In this document: positions 34,543 to 45,836 of the stretch, one piece after another | Numbering within the stretch: position 1 is the first letter of the stretch | Layout: each line of letters starts with the position of its first letter | Source: Coniocarpon cinnabarinum | Taxonomy: Eukaryota | Assembly: GCA_051942205.1 (NCBI GenBank) | Contig: JAVECO010000031.1 | Span: forward strand, 62,001-126,000 | Direction: 5' to 3' | DNA: 64,000 bases | Made by a program: the position numbers and the translations under genes | The notes under the pieces: generated by a model | The model's database searches: none | What the model saw: the letters and a program-made list of their open reading frames with translations, nothing else | Told to the model about the DNA's origin: nothing

Positions 34543-36447
34543 ATGGATTTTGTCATTTACCTGTTGGCGCTCTTTGGGCTACTCGTTGTTAAAGCAATCA
34601 TAACAAGTGTCTATCGACTGACCTACCATCCACTTGCCCGTGTTCCCGGACCAAAGGCTGCTGCGATCACCAAGTGGTACGAGTTCTACGTTGACACATT
34701 GCTGGATGGTGGAGGCAAATTTGCCTTCGAAATAGATCGCTTGCACCGCGTATATGGTATGCTGCTTCGCCTCCTTTTTCTTCGCACAGATGTTGATCTG
34801 TAGGTCCCATCGTTCGCATAACACCGAACGAAGTGCATGTTGATGATTCGGAATGGCTCAAGACACTCTTTGGTGGACCTGGCACCGTAAGTTCTACTTG
34901 GAAGGTTCAAGCAGGCGTGACTAACAATGGATCAGATCCGAGATAAAGATGCCACCCTGGCACACATTGTGGGAAACAATCTCGGGAGTTTGTAGTGTAG
35001 GCCCCAGTGGAATAGGAGAGCCCTAAACTGACCCAAAAAAGCTTTCGGAACTGTCAATCATCACCTACACCGCATGCGTCGCTCTGCGGTCAGCCCATTC
35101 TTCTCCAAGAAGTCGGTGAGTGCCATTCAGCCAAGGATTCAAACTGCAGTCGAGAGATTATCGCAAGTGTTGGCAGAGCATCAACAATCCGGATCTGTCT
35201 TTGATGCTCGCGTTACGTTCCTGGCCTGGTCAACGGACAGTCTGACGAGCTACGTCTTTAATGAGTCTGCCAACCTCCTTGATAACCCGACCAAGGCCAT
35301 CGAATGGTGGGAGATGTATGACAAGCTCCGCACACTTTTCCCAATGCTGAAACAGTGTCTGTGGATCGTGCCTCTTGCCTTGGAGCTTCCTGTATGGTTG
35401 GTATATGTCATACTACCCAGTCTCGTTCCATTAGTCAAGGTTTACAAGGTGAGTTAATATTCATTCGCTCTTCATTCTCGCTAATATGACCTAGAATATG
35501 CATCATCAGTCATCAGTAGAATGCAACCGAGCGAAGAATGTGGCCCCCATAGCTAGTAACGTGGCAGAGCAGGACATTTTCGAACCGAACATCTTTCGGA
35601 CGCTCCTCGCATCGAACCTTCCAAACTCCGAGAAAGATTACCACCGCATTGCTCATGATGGATTTGAGATCATAGCTGCCGGGAGTTCGACGTTTGCACG
35701 CGTTGCCTTTGCGGGCACCTACCACATACTTGCGAATAGAAACGTCTTGTTACGTCTGAGAGACGAGCTCGACGCAGCGTATCCAAACAACGCTCAATGT
35801 ACCAACACTCAAGAGCTTGAGGCTCTTCCGTACTTGGTATGTGTATCGACCGCTGATGAGATCGTACGAGGTTGACGCGCTCCCAGAATGCAGTCGTCAA
35901 AGAGTCTCTTCGCATCGCTCAGGTCGTGACATTTCGAACTCCTCTAATCGCTACCGAGGACAATCTTCAGTATCAGAGCTATCATTTACCTGCTGGGGTA
36001 AGACGCTTGTTAGCACATAGATACCAAACTCAACTACTGACGGACAGGCTTAGACTGCCATTAGTATGACTCAATCCGCTGCTTTGATGCAATCCCACAT
36101 ATATCCCGAGCCACGACGCTTCCATCCAGAAAGATGGCTCAAACCTGAAGAAGAGCTCAAAGACATGCAACGCTACCACATTCCCTTCGGGACCGGCAAT
36201 CGCATGTGTCTAGGCATGAAGTAAGTGCTGTGCATCTTGGTGGATGATCAAGTTTAGACTGACGTGGCGCAGCTTCGCAATGGCCAATCTGTACACGTTC
36301 ATGGCGACTATCTTCCGACGGTTCGAGCTCGAGCTTGTGGATACTGTTCGCGAGAGGGACATTGATCATAGCCGCTCTTGGTTTATCGGTGAGCCGTCTG
36401 CGGAAAGTGCCGGCATGAAGATCCGGGTGGTTAAGACAATGTATTGA
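34543..36447 (+). CDS. Cytochrome P450 monooxygenase (trichodiene oxygenase/CYP58-like), ~8 exons
   Basis: N-terminal anchor and YRLTYHPLARVPGPKAAAITKWYEFY; GPIVRITPNEVH; HRMRRSAVSPFFSK; I-helix AAGSST; ESLR; FHPERW; heme motif PFGTGNRMCLG. Confidence 0.92.
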
Positions 36448-36923
36448 CGGGACATTGCGATGCATTGGTGGTATCTTTATTACGACGTTGATCACGTATA
36501 CAATACGTGCTTGCTTTTACCGAACTTTTCTTACATAGTTTTATTATACGCTGCGACACTTAGTATTCTCCTCGACAGTGTATTCCATTCTGTGACTATA
36601 CTTTCAAATGGGCTCATAACTGGAACGTCTCGAGTTGATAGGACGCTGACTTATAATCGATCTCTGAAGGTAGACTGAAGGATATATTGAAGAGATTGAC
36701 AGCGTCAGTAGACTCCACGACGCCCTCTTCATGTAATCGTTCGGACCATAGTCGTTCGTCACCCCTTTCGGTCATGGTTTGATCCTGACGGGATTTATAA
36801 GGGCTTGCCTTTCTCGGCAAGAACACGTCTCACTTGAGCCCAATGCACACTCCCAGGGGTGAGTGAGGACTGACCTACCTTCAGGACGGGTCAACTAACC
36901 GGCGGTTGCATTCATCTAGTACG

Positions 36924-39886
36924 CTATCGAGCGGCCGATCCAGGGGTGTCACTCCAAAGTCTCCATAGCAGCGACGACACATCCCCAAGCTCTTCGTCCC
37001 TTGCTGAAGCCGCCTCGAAGTCTTCCTCTGGCCTCGATTCCAACTTCACCCTTTCTTTCAGAGGATATAAATTCTTCATCAGCGGCTTCCACTGCTCTCG
37101 CATCGGTGCATGAGCACTCGCAAACTGAAACAGCTTCCCAGCCACACATGCCTTGTGAAGTTCCAATGGATTGCCGTTCTTCAACACCTGTCTATAAATC
37201 TCCATCAGTATGCAAGTCTCTTCGACAGTGTTGCAATTGATGAAGCCATAGTCCACCTTGACAGAGGGGCAGGGCGGCCAATCCACGGGGTCGTTAATTT
37301 CGAGAAATTGTTTGAGGTCCCAGACGGAGGGTCGAGGCCCGGCCAGTGGTTTGGACAAGAAATCCTCTAAGAATGGGAGTCTGGATCGCAAACTCTTGAG
37401 CCCCTTTGCATCCATGAGCTGGACGAGCGTCCCCGTTTCAAGAGCTTTCCAGAATTGGGTGAATGTGACAGGCTGAAAGGGACCTCGTCGACGGTTGTGG
37501 AATTCGTAAAAGAAACTGCCGTCGCTTTCGGTCAGGAGGAGCTGGTAAAGATCCAAGAGCATGGTTTCCTCCGTGGCCCTGGCAGGTCACAAATCCAAAA
37601 GCGTACCAATTCTCTTCAATCGGATTTGGGGTCATTCGGTGCAGTACTTCGGCCAGCAAGTGGAAACTGTTCCCTTTTGCTTTTGGCTCCAGATCTCTAG
37701 CCACCTTATCGCGATACTGAGGGCCAAGATATGACCTAGCTTCATCATAGAAGCTCGCTATGCATGCTTGTTGCGCTTCGTCCTGAGTCACAGGGCGCTC
37801 CAGCACACTCAAATTCTGCTCAAACCAGGGAAAGTATTGCCCGCGGCGATCTTCTGGAATGCGGTAATAGAACTCCTTGATTTTCTCAGTCAGAATGCCC
37901 CGCCTGCGCCACTCATGTAGATCCTCGGGCGAGACACGGCCAGACAGGTAGAGGCCTCCATAGAGTCCTAGAAGTTTGGACATGTCCCGGTTGTAGGCAA
38001 GTCTACTGAATCCAAAATCACGAAGCACTTCCTCATCTTGAGGCATCAGATCTTGCGCCAACGACTCCCACAGATAGTCAGCGGATGTAAGTGGGCGTTT
38101 GGAGCATGAAAACAAATGGAGACCGCTTCTCTTTTCTTGACACGTCTCGCTGCAGTAGGACCCCTTGTTGCAGACGCTGCACCTTCTTGTCGTTAGTGCG
38201 CCACAAATGTCGCACTCCTCTGCCGGCGGGTCTACTTCGGAAGTGGACCGATCAGACCTGTATGAAATGGTGGCGTCCTCTCCTTGTCTTCGAAAAAACT
38301 CAGCACAAATACACCATTGAGAAGCAGTGCAAATTCGTGGACAGAACCCGACGCTCACCCACCTTTCAAACAATGCTGCAGCCCTTTGCTATTCTGCCTT
38401 GATCCTGAACCGGTCAATTTGGAGCTGTCTGTGTGAGTCGATCTCCTGTCGGCCACTCAAGACACTGCTCCCTCCAATGGCAGAAGTTCGTTCAAGCTGA
38501 AAGTGGCCTTCGGCTGAAATCTTTAATTTCTGCTCGACCTCGTGCTGCACTGATTTCAGAGCCTTTGCTATACGCTCAGCCTGACTAGGCAGAAGTCCAT
38601 TCATCCTTGGTACGGTCCATGGCCTGAAGAGACGCCCGTGACATCCCCTTGATGTAAACTGCCCATACGATCGAATGAAGCACTTGCACATAAAACAGCT
38701 GAGTTTGCTGCACCCGAGATATGGGAAGACCTCCGATGCAGATGATGTGCTGGTATCGAAAAACATCAGCATTTGAATCTCAGCGTGTACGTTAAGTCTT
38801 TGCTGCTGCTGTTCTGCGAATTTGCGGTTAGCCTTCGCGACGGTCCAGTTCTGCCCCAGAACGGCTTTCGCTGTAACAGGATTCAAATCCAGTTGGAGTT
38901 TACGAAAGGTCTTTTTCAAGCTCAAATGGTGCTGAGTTGGACTTGAGGACGTAGTTGGGCGAGGTACCAATATGATCTTCACCTGGCCAAAGCTTGGGAG
39001 AGCGAGAGCAATTTCTTTGAACTTCTGGAATGCGACAAGAAGTCGGGCAAGCAGGCAAATATTCACCCACAAGTTCTTCGACCTGAAGGTTGCATCGGGA
39101 GAGCTGTGGAGGGTCGTCTCGACAGCCCTTGTCTGACGCAGGTTATATGATTCGAAAATAAGCTTATCGTGCTTTTCAGTCGTGCTGGTGAAATCATCAT
39201 CATCATCAAAGAGAAGAGCACGCAAAGCAGAGAGGGCAACATCTGAGCCAGGGCTGTTTTCGAGACTGCTTGTATCTTCTTTCTTTTTGACAGCGTCGTA
39301 AGCCTTGAGACTCGCCCTCAAATTGGGAATGTAGCTGTGTTCGATCCGTCCCTGATGATACAAGACCATTTCTTCCCATAAGAAAGTCTCGTATTGGTTG
39401 GCTAGACGAGGAGCATTCACAAATAAGTTTAGCGAGCAATAATGAAGGAATTGCATCAAACGTACCAGCGTTGCGAGATAACGAACTTAATGCCTCTGCC
39501 AGCTTGTCGAACATGATTTGATCTACATCCGCAAAGCCTTCGTTGCGGGTGATGAAGATGATAACGTTATCTTCGGCTTCCTTCATTGCGGAGCAAGCAA
39601 CTGCTATTCCGCCATGTCTATTAGCTGCAAATTCGGCAAGGCAGTCGAGAAATCTCCGTTTAAGCTTCTCATGGCCTGAATCTGTTATTTGATCAGCACG
39701 TCTCGTATTTGTGCTGGATGTATTCCCGTCTTCAGCGTCGTCGAGGGTTGATTCTCCTTCAAGTATCCTCTCAGACAAGGACGAAAGCTCTGCCTGGCCA
39801 TCATTTCGCAGCGAGAGCAGATTGGCGAGAGAATGGAAACGGGACCAGCTAAGACCTGGATAGTTCCAGTCGAAGCTGTCGCCCAT
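36924..39886 (-). pseudogene. OTT_1508-like nucleic-acid deaminase fused to a MYND-type zinc finger and an unknown C-terminal domain; disrupted by an in-frame stop and a frameshift
   Basis: LKRRFLDCLAEFAA...VACSAM...IFITRNEGF; deaminase motifs VHAEIQML and YLGCSKLSCFMCKCF, GCHGRLFRPWTVP; MYND-like CDIC...CSVC...YCSETCQ...HLFSC. In-frame TAG at 38391-38389 and a frame change near 37563-37575. Confidence 0.7.
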
Positions 39887-41404
39887 CTTGAGGTTAAGAT
39901 AGTTCAGACCAAAAGTCCAGTAGTGTTATGATAAACATTGATGCGGGGCAAGGCAGATGCAGCTGAAGGTCGCGCATCTGGCACAGCCACAGAGCTCCTA
40001 GCCACTATCGGAATCCTTCCAGTTCCAGTCGGCTTTCGATTACATTGGGCATAATCCCTTGATACATCGCTACATTGGTCCTTCTATCAAGTGAGACAGT
40101 ACTTGTACCGCCGAGGTCCCCTCTCCATGACAAAAGAAATCTCGCATGCCATAGAGAATCAAATGATACGCAAAATCTTGCTCAAAGAGGCTGCGGCAGC
40201 TATCAATGCATGGGATAGTGGTTGTGTGGAAGATGTAAGCTGTAATTTGCCAGCAATCTCAAGGTGTGGTCGTACATTCACAAACACCAATGCAAACAAA
40301 CGTCCATAGCAATTTTCGGCACTTGCGACACAAGCTGGAGACTTGCCATCTCCGGAAATAAGTTACGACCACAATTTTGTGCATTCCGACTTCACTCGGG
40401 ACGAGCCCGATTTCAATTCGATCACTTCCGAGGAGTCGCGTTTGGATTTATAGGTTCGTCTCTTGGACAAGGGTCATGTGAATCCAGAGTGCCGAACGAA
40501 TAGCGTCAATCTGCAAAGCAAGAACAATCAGTTTCAGTCCAAGCATATCATAAAGCAGGGGTCAAATCTTTGCCTCCTGAGTAACAAACACACAAGAAAT
40601 CTCATCAAAGCCACCATCCCTCACCACGGGATACAACCCGACGCTGAAAAAAGTGCTCAAACCTCAGGCACGAAGACGAAAAGGTCAGTGTCACTCTCTG
40701 AATTAGTGCATCAAGTCCAACGTCGCACAACGGAACTAAGCCACTGCGTTGCCCGGGGTCTGAGAGACGTCGATGTGCGCTGACACTTAAAATCGTTATA
40801 GCGCAGCGGGCAAAAAAGTCAGCTTGCAACTCAGCCTCAAGCCGTCCTAGAAGCACTGCCCCAATGCTGCGACCGAACAAGTCGAGCATGCGTGTATAGA
40901 TAGAACGAGGCAGCCATGAAACGACGACGCCCTGCCTGGCCAATTGATCATGAACGTTGTATCATGCTCGCATATCCTGAGGCTTTAAAGAAACCCTTTG
41001 TGGGAGCGTATTCGAGATCGATAGACAGCATGAGCCCATCTCAAACGCAGCGTTTTGCAAAGGCTTATTCGTATCTGAAACGATTGCTGAGCGTATCAAA
41101 GGTTCATCGTTACTTTGTAGGTAGATACATTGAAGATGAGTGGATGTCTCACAATTCAGGCGGATATACATCAATGGCTTCGAGAAGGAAACAGGGGTCG
41201 CATAAAGCACAGATCTGCCAACTTGTTCTGGAAATCGCAGCTGCTTAGACATGCGCAGTGACAGGATCCATACAGCTCACTTCCAGCACGTTCCAAGTCT
41301 GGTGTAGGGAGGCGAATTGGTCACAGTAGGACAAGAGTTGGCAACAACCTCGTGCTACATGAAACCAAACACCGACGTAAAGGTATGATTTCACGTTACC
41401 GTTC

Positions 41405-43123
41405 CTAAATGCCTAACGTGAAGTCAACACCTACGTCAATCTCCCTCGCTATCCAACAGTCAGCAAATCACTTCCAGCACTCACGAAAGTGGGCAATTCG
41501 CGGGGTACTTACCGCTCTTCACAATCTTGCTAAATTGCACCGCCTTCTCCGCCGCGCTTTGCAAATCCTCGATGCTGAAGATCTTCATGCCCGAATCATT
41601 GATCACCTTTTGAGCCTGCTCCACGTTCGTGCCCTGCAATCGTGCCACGATCGGCGTCTTGAGTCCCATCTCTTGCACGACACCTACCAGTCCACGTGCA
41701 ATGTCATCACAGCGCACGATGCCGCCGAAGATATTGACGAAAATCGCGGATACCTTGGGGTCGGAAGTGATGAGGTCGAAGGCGCTTTTAATGGCTGCGG
41801 GAGTGGCACCGCCGCCGACGTCGAGAAAGTTGGCGGGGGAGCCGCCGTTCAGCTTGATGATGTCCATGGTCGCCATGGCGAGGCCGGCGCCGTTCACGAG
41901 ACATCCGATGTCGCCGTCTAGTTTGATGAAGTTGAGACCATTCTCCGCAGCCTTCACCTCGTCCGCGTCTTCTTGCGTCGTATCCCGTAGAGCATGTATC
42001 TCCTTTTGACGGAAATCGGCATTGTCGTCGAAGCCGAGTTTAGCGTCCATGCAGAGCACTTGATGGTCCGAGGTCTCCGACAGGGGATTGATTTCAATCT
42101 GCGTAGCGTCCTTATCCATGAAGCATTTATACAACTTCTGAATGGTCTCACGGGCCTGTGCTTTGCATTGCTCTGAGAAGCCGAGCTTCGCGACGATCCC
42201 GTTGGCCAGCTCATCCGTCACGCCCTTGTGGATATCGATGGGTGTGGTGACAATGGCGTCTGGATTCTCCTTGGCGACGTCTTCAATCGACATACCGCCT
42301 TGGGAGGAGGCAATGATGACAGGGCATTGTGAAGATCGATCCATGAGGATTGCGAGGTAGAATTCGCGGCGGGCGAATTTGCGCTCGACGAGAAAGACGG
42401 AGTTGCAGATGCGGCCTTTTTCCCCGGTTTGCTTGGTGATGAGTTTGTGTCCGATCATTTGACTGGCGAACATCTTGGCTTCGGTGGGTCTGTCGGACAG
42501 CGGTTGTCAGCTTTGTACACCACCAAAGTCACATATTGAGCCCCCGCTCTCGTCCAATTCAAAGGAAATGTTGGCTGGACATACGAGTATACGATCCGCA
42601 CGCCACCCTTGAGCCCATTGTCGAAGTGACCCTTGCCACGGCCACCAGCCAGGACTTGTGCTTTGATCACGACATCCTCGCCTCCTATAAGTACTCTGGT
42701 AAGCTAATGTTCGTTTCATCTTGACTCGTAAATAGAGCTGAAGTGCGAGACTGCATATACCGAGCTCTTTTGCGATTGATTCTGCCTCTTCGCCGGTCCT
42801 TGCAACCTTGCCAGGAGGTACACCTATGCCATACTGGGTCGCAAGCTTGTCAGCAACGTCTCTCACAGGTCTCCGACCGAGATTTTGGCGTGACTGACTG
42901 AGTCGAGGATATCTGCAGAGAGATACTCATGTATCGAGAGATGTCTTTGCTGCTGTTGCTGTGTCTGAGGTTGAACAAAAGGCGAGGGTCTGAAGATGGG
43001 AGCTTGTCTCTAGAAGAAACGGGTCAGCTCTGTAGGTACGATCCAATATACGCAATTACTCACATGCGCCAGCCGAGAAGCTACTCCCGCAGCTCCCCTG
43101 CTGCGAGCCAGATTAAAAGCCAT
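41405..43123 (-). CDS. LSC2: Succinyl-CoA ligase beta subunit, mitochondrial, multi-exon
   Basis: Presequence; [74 protein letters not shown]; last exon ...VDFTLGI stop. Confidence 0.95.
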
Positions 43124-44120
43124 ATCAGCGGCTCGAAAAGCGTGTCGAGCGTGAACAGCTTGCACGGCATTCGTCCGGAGCTAGGACATCCCTCAGAAGT
43201 CGTGCCAAGACATCCGAGAGCTGGACCACTTTCACGTGCCAAAGTCACCAGCCACAGCGATGAAACGAGAATCTCAAAAGACGTCCTACTGGTTGTACTT
43301 TGTCAATCTGCGCGAAATGACTCGACCTATAAGACACTTCACGCACGAATACAATGCAATCGTTTCGATTTGATGCAATCGGTCACAATCCGAACAGTTC
43401 AAGGGTATCTAGTATACATTCATGCGCGTCAAATCACCACCAAACACCCAGCATCAATGCAGCCTGAAAAGGAACATGCTCGAACATCAAAACAACCAAA
43501 GAGCCTCGTCGCGAACGAAAACTTCAACAACCTCCCCTGTGAATCATAGACATCAAAGACGTGAAAATCATATCGTGATGGCTCCTGAGCGCACTAGCCA
43601 CGCTATAACTTCGGGGCCGAGAGAACACCAATGTGTTGGTGGCTTTCATGTGTGCTTGGTAGCGCATGTTGCATCGCAATTTGCTAGCAGCATGGCAAAA
43701 TCTGCAACAAAGCCGGAGGATCTGATAGGCGCCGGCAATGCCTTGGTGCTCGCGACTTGAGTGGTCCGAAACGTGAGGCGATGGCGCCAGCGTCGCTTAC
43801 TTCGTATCACGCAGATAATTGCCATTCGAAGAGCCAAGACATGGATCTTGAAATTTGACTTGATCTGCGTTGGCCATTGAGCAGTAGGCAGTTTTGCCCG
43901 GCTGACGCCTTGACGCGTAGGCTTCGCAGAGTCATGGCTTGCTGACAGGCATCATTTGGGAATGACAGCGAAGAGCCGAAAGATGGTCTGTGCTAGTCGG
44001 TCAAACACTGTACAACATGAACAACGGGGATCAGATATGAACATCATTTGCATAAAATTTGCAACAGTGAACGTGTGGTCATGTGATCGTGCGAGCAGCG
44101 CCGCATTGTACAGCCGATGG

Positions 44121-45836
44121 TCACCCCCCAACGGCAGGAGATTCAGACGAAAAATAACGCCTACTTTTGGCGATTTCGCCCTTGCGATTGGGATCGGGAA
44201 CCTTGATGTGATGAACCACATGTGGTCGATAGACAGCGTCGACGGGCTCAGACCAATCATCAGGGCCAAGTGGGAAGTACTCGTAGAGTTGATCCGCGGT
44301 TTCGTCATTGTCACCCATGGAGGAAGGCAGCGTAAAGGATGAAGGTCGCTGATTCATAGATGAGAGCCGAGGGCGCTTAGCTTGCACCGGCGTGTTAACA
44401 GCACTGTTCACCGCGCTGTCTGGAGAGAGCCGTTTCAATGACTCGGCGTTGTCGAGCGACAGCTTCATCGGCGCAGGGACTGAGCGCGGTACGGGCTTGC
44501 GAGAGTAGTCAGGGCTGGAGTTGGCGTATTCATGAAGAAGCGGTGGCGGAGCGGGGAAATCATGAATTGGTGTAGAAGTCATTGCACCGCCGTGGCCGTT
44601 TTGTGTGGGGAGTTTGAAATCGAAATAGTCTGGCGAGAGAAGCACGTTCGGATCGTACGATAGATGGCTCGTGAGTTCCTGCTTCACGATTGCTGCAGAT
44701 GTCGGTGGCCGGGTGTGTTCGACATTTGAATTTGATCGGTGCAATGGGCCCTTGCGGCCTGAAATGCTGCCAGTGCCCACTGGAATCTCACGCTTGGCTT
44801 GAAAGTTCCTGGGGCTGCGACCGCGTACGATGATGGGACCCGAATGACATTCACACAGTGATACACGTTGGCCGTTGAAGAGGGTTGCAACTATCCGTAG
44901 CTTCACGGTGAAATGCTGCTGTAATTCCTTCCGTCGACCGTTGTTCGCCGTGGCGATGCGGAACTGAAGACGTTTCCAGGACACCGGGATGTTGGCCATC
45001 TCAGGGTCGATCTCTGCGCCAGTCATGAGATCAAGTGGAATAGACGAAGGCTCGCGCTCCGGCTTCTCCTCCGGGGGTGGTCCGGCTCCAGCGGGCGTCT
45101 TCCAAGGAACGGAAATGATTTTAACGGCGTTATTCTCGACTGACTCCACGGCTGATAACTCGAGTTCCTGGCTTTCAATGGGAATTTGCTCGCCTTGATC
45201 TGTCAGGACGTAGCGTAAGCTCCGAGGTAGTTGAACTTGGCCAGAAATTGAAAAGAGGTTCCGTCGGTAGCAGGTGAGCTCTCGGGGAGCGCTGATGAGG
45301 TCGCCCGTGCTGGACCAGACCGGTTCGGCCAGGAAGAACATGCCATGCAATTGAGCGGTGAGAGAGATGGGGACGCGGCGATAGGTGTAATCAAGTAAAG
45401 CATAGTTGAAAGTGGGCATAGAAAACATGAGGAGTTTGTTGTCACGGTCAAGAGAGATGTCGGGTTGGGGTAAAGGATCCACGATACTGTTGGCGCCGTC
45501 GTTGCTGCCGACGTCTGAGTAAACTGCGGCGTCGTCGTATTGACTCAGCGTGCGTTTTAAAGGGTTGGGTCGCATGGGCATCTCAGATCTAGACGACATG
45601 AGCCATGGTCTTGTTTTTGAATCCGACGATACCACGTGGGACAGATGGGATCAGATTTATACATACCCAGACCCGTAGAGATCAGCATCGTAGTCTGAGC
45701 GATGGTCTGACTCCAAAACCGGTTGCATCATGTGAGAGAATTCTGCCGGAGCACTCTCACTCAGAGGCATGGGCATCATGGTCATTGGATCGAAGCCCTC
45801 CATAGCTAGCATGGAAGTTGGAGCGTTCATGAGCAT
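44121..45836 (-). CDS. RON1: Ndt80/PhoG-like (p53-fold) transcription factor, RON1/Rep1 type; 2 exons
   Basis: LTAQLHGMFFLAE, ELTCYRRNLF, WKRLQFRIATANNGRRKELQQHF, PIIVRGRSPRNF; C-terminal LYEYFPLGPDDW..PVDAVYRPHVVHH. Neighbour of a GH3-GNAT gene. The start codon is uncertain (45836 or 45803). Confidence 0.85.
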
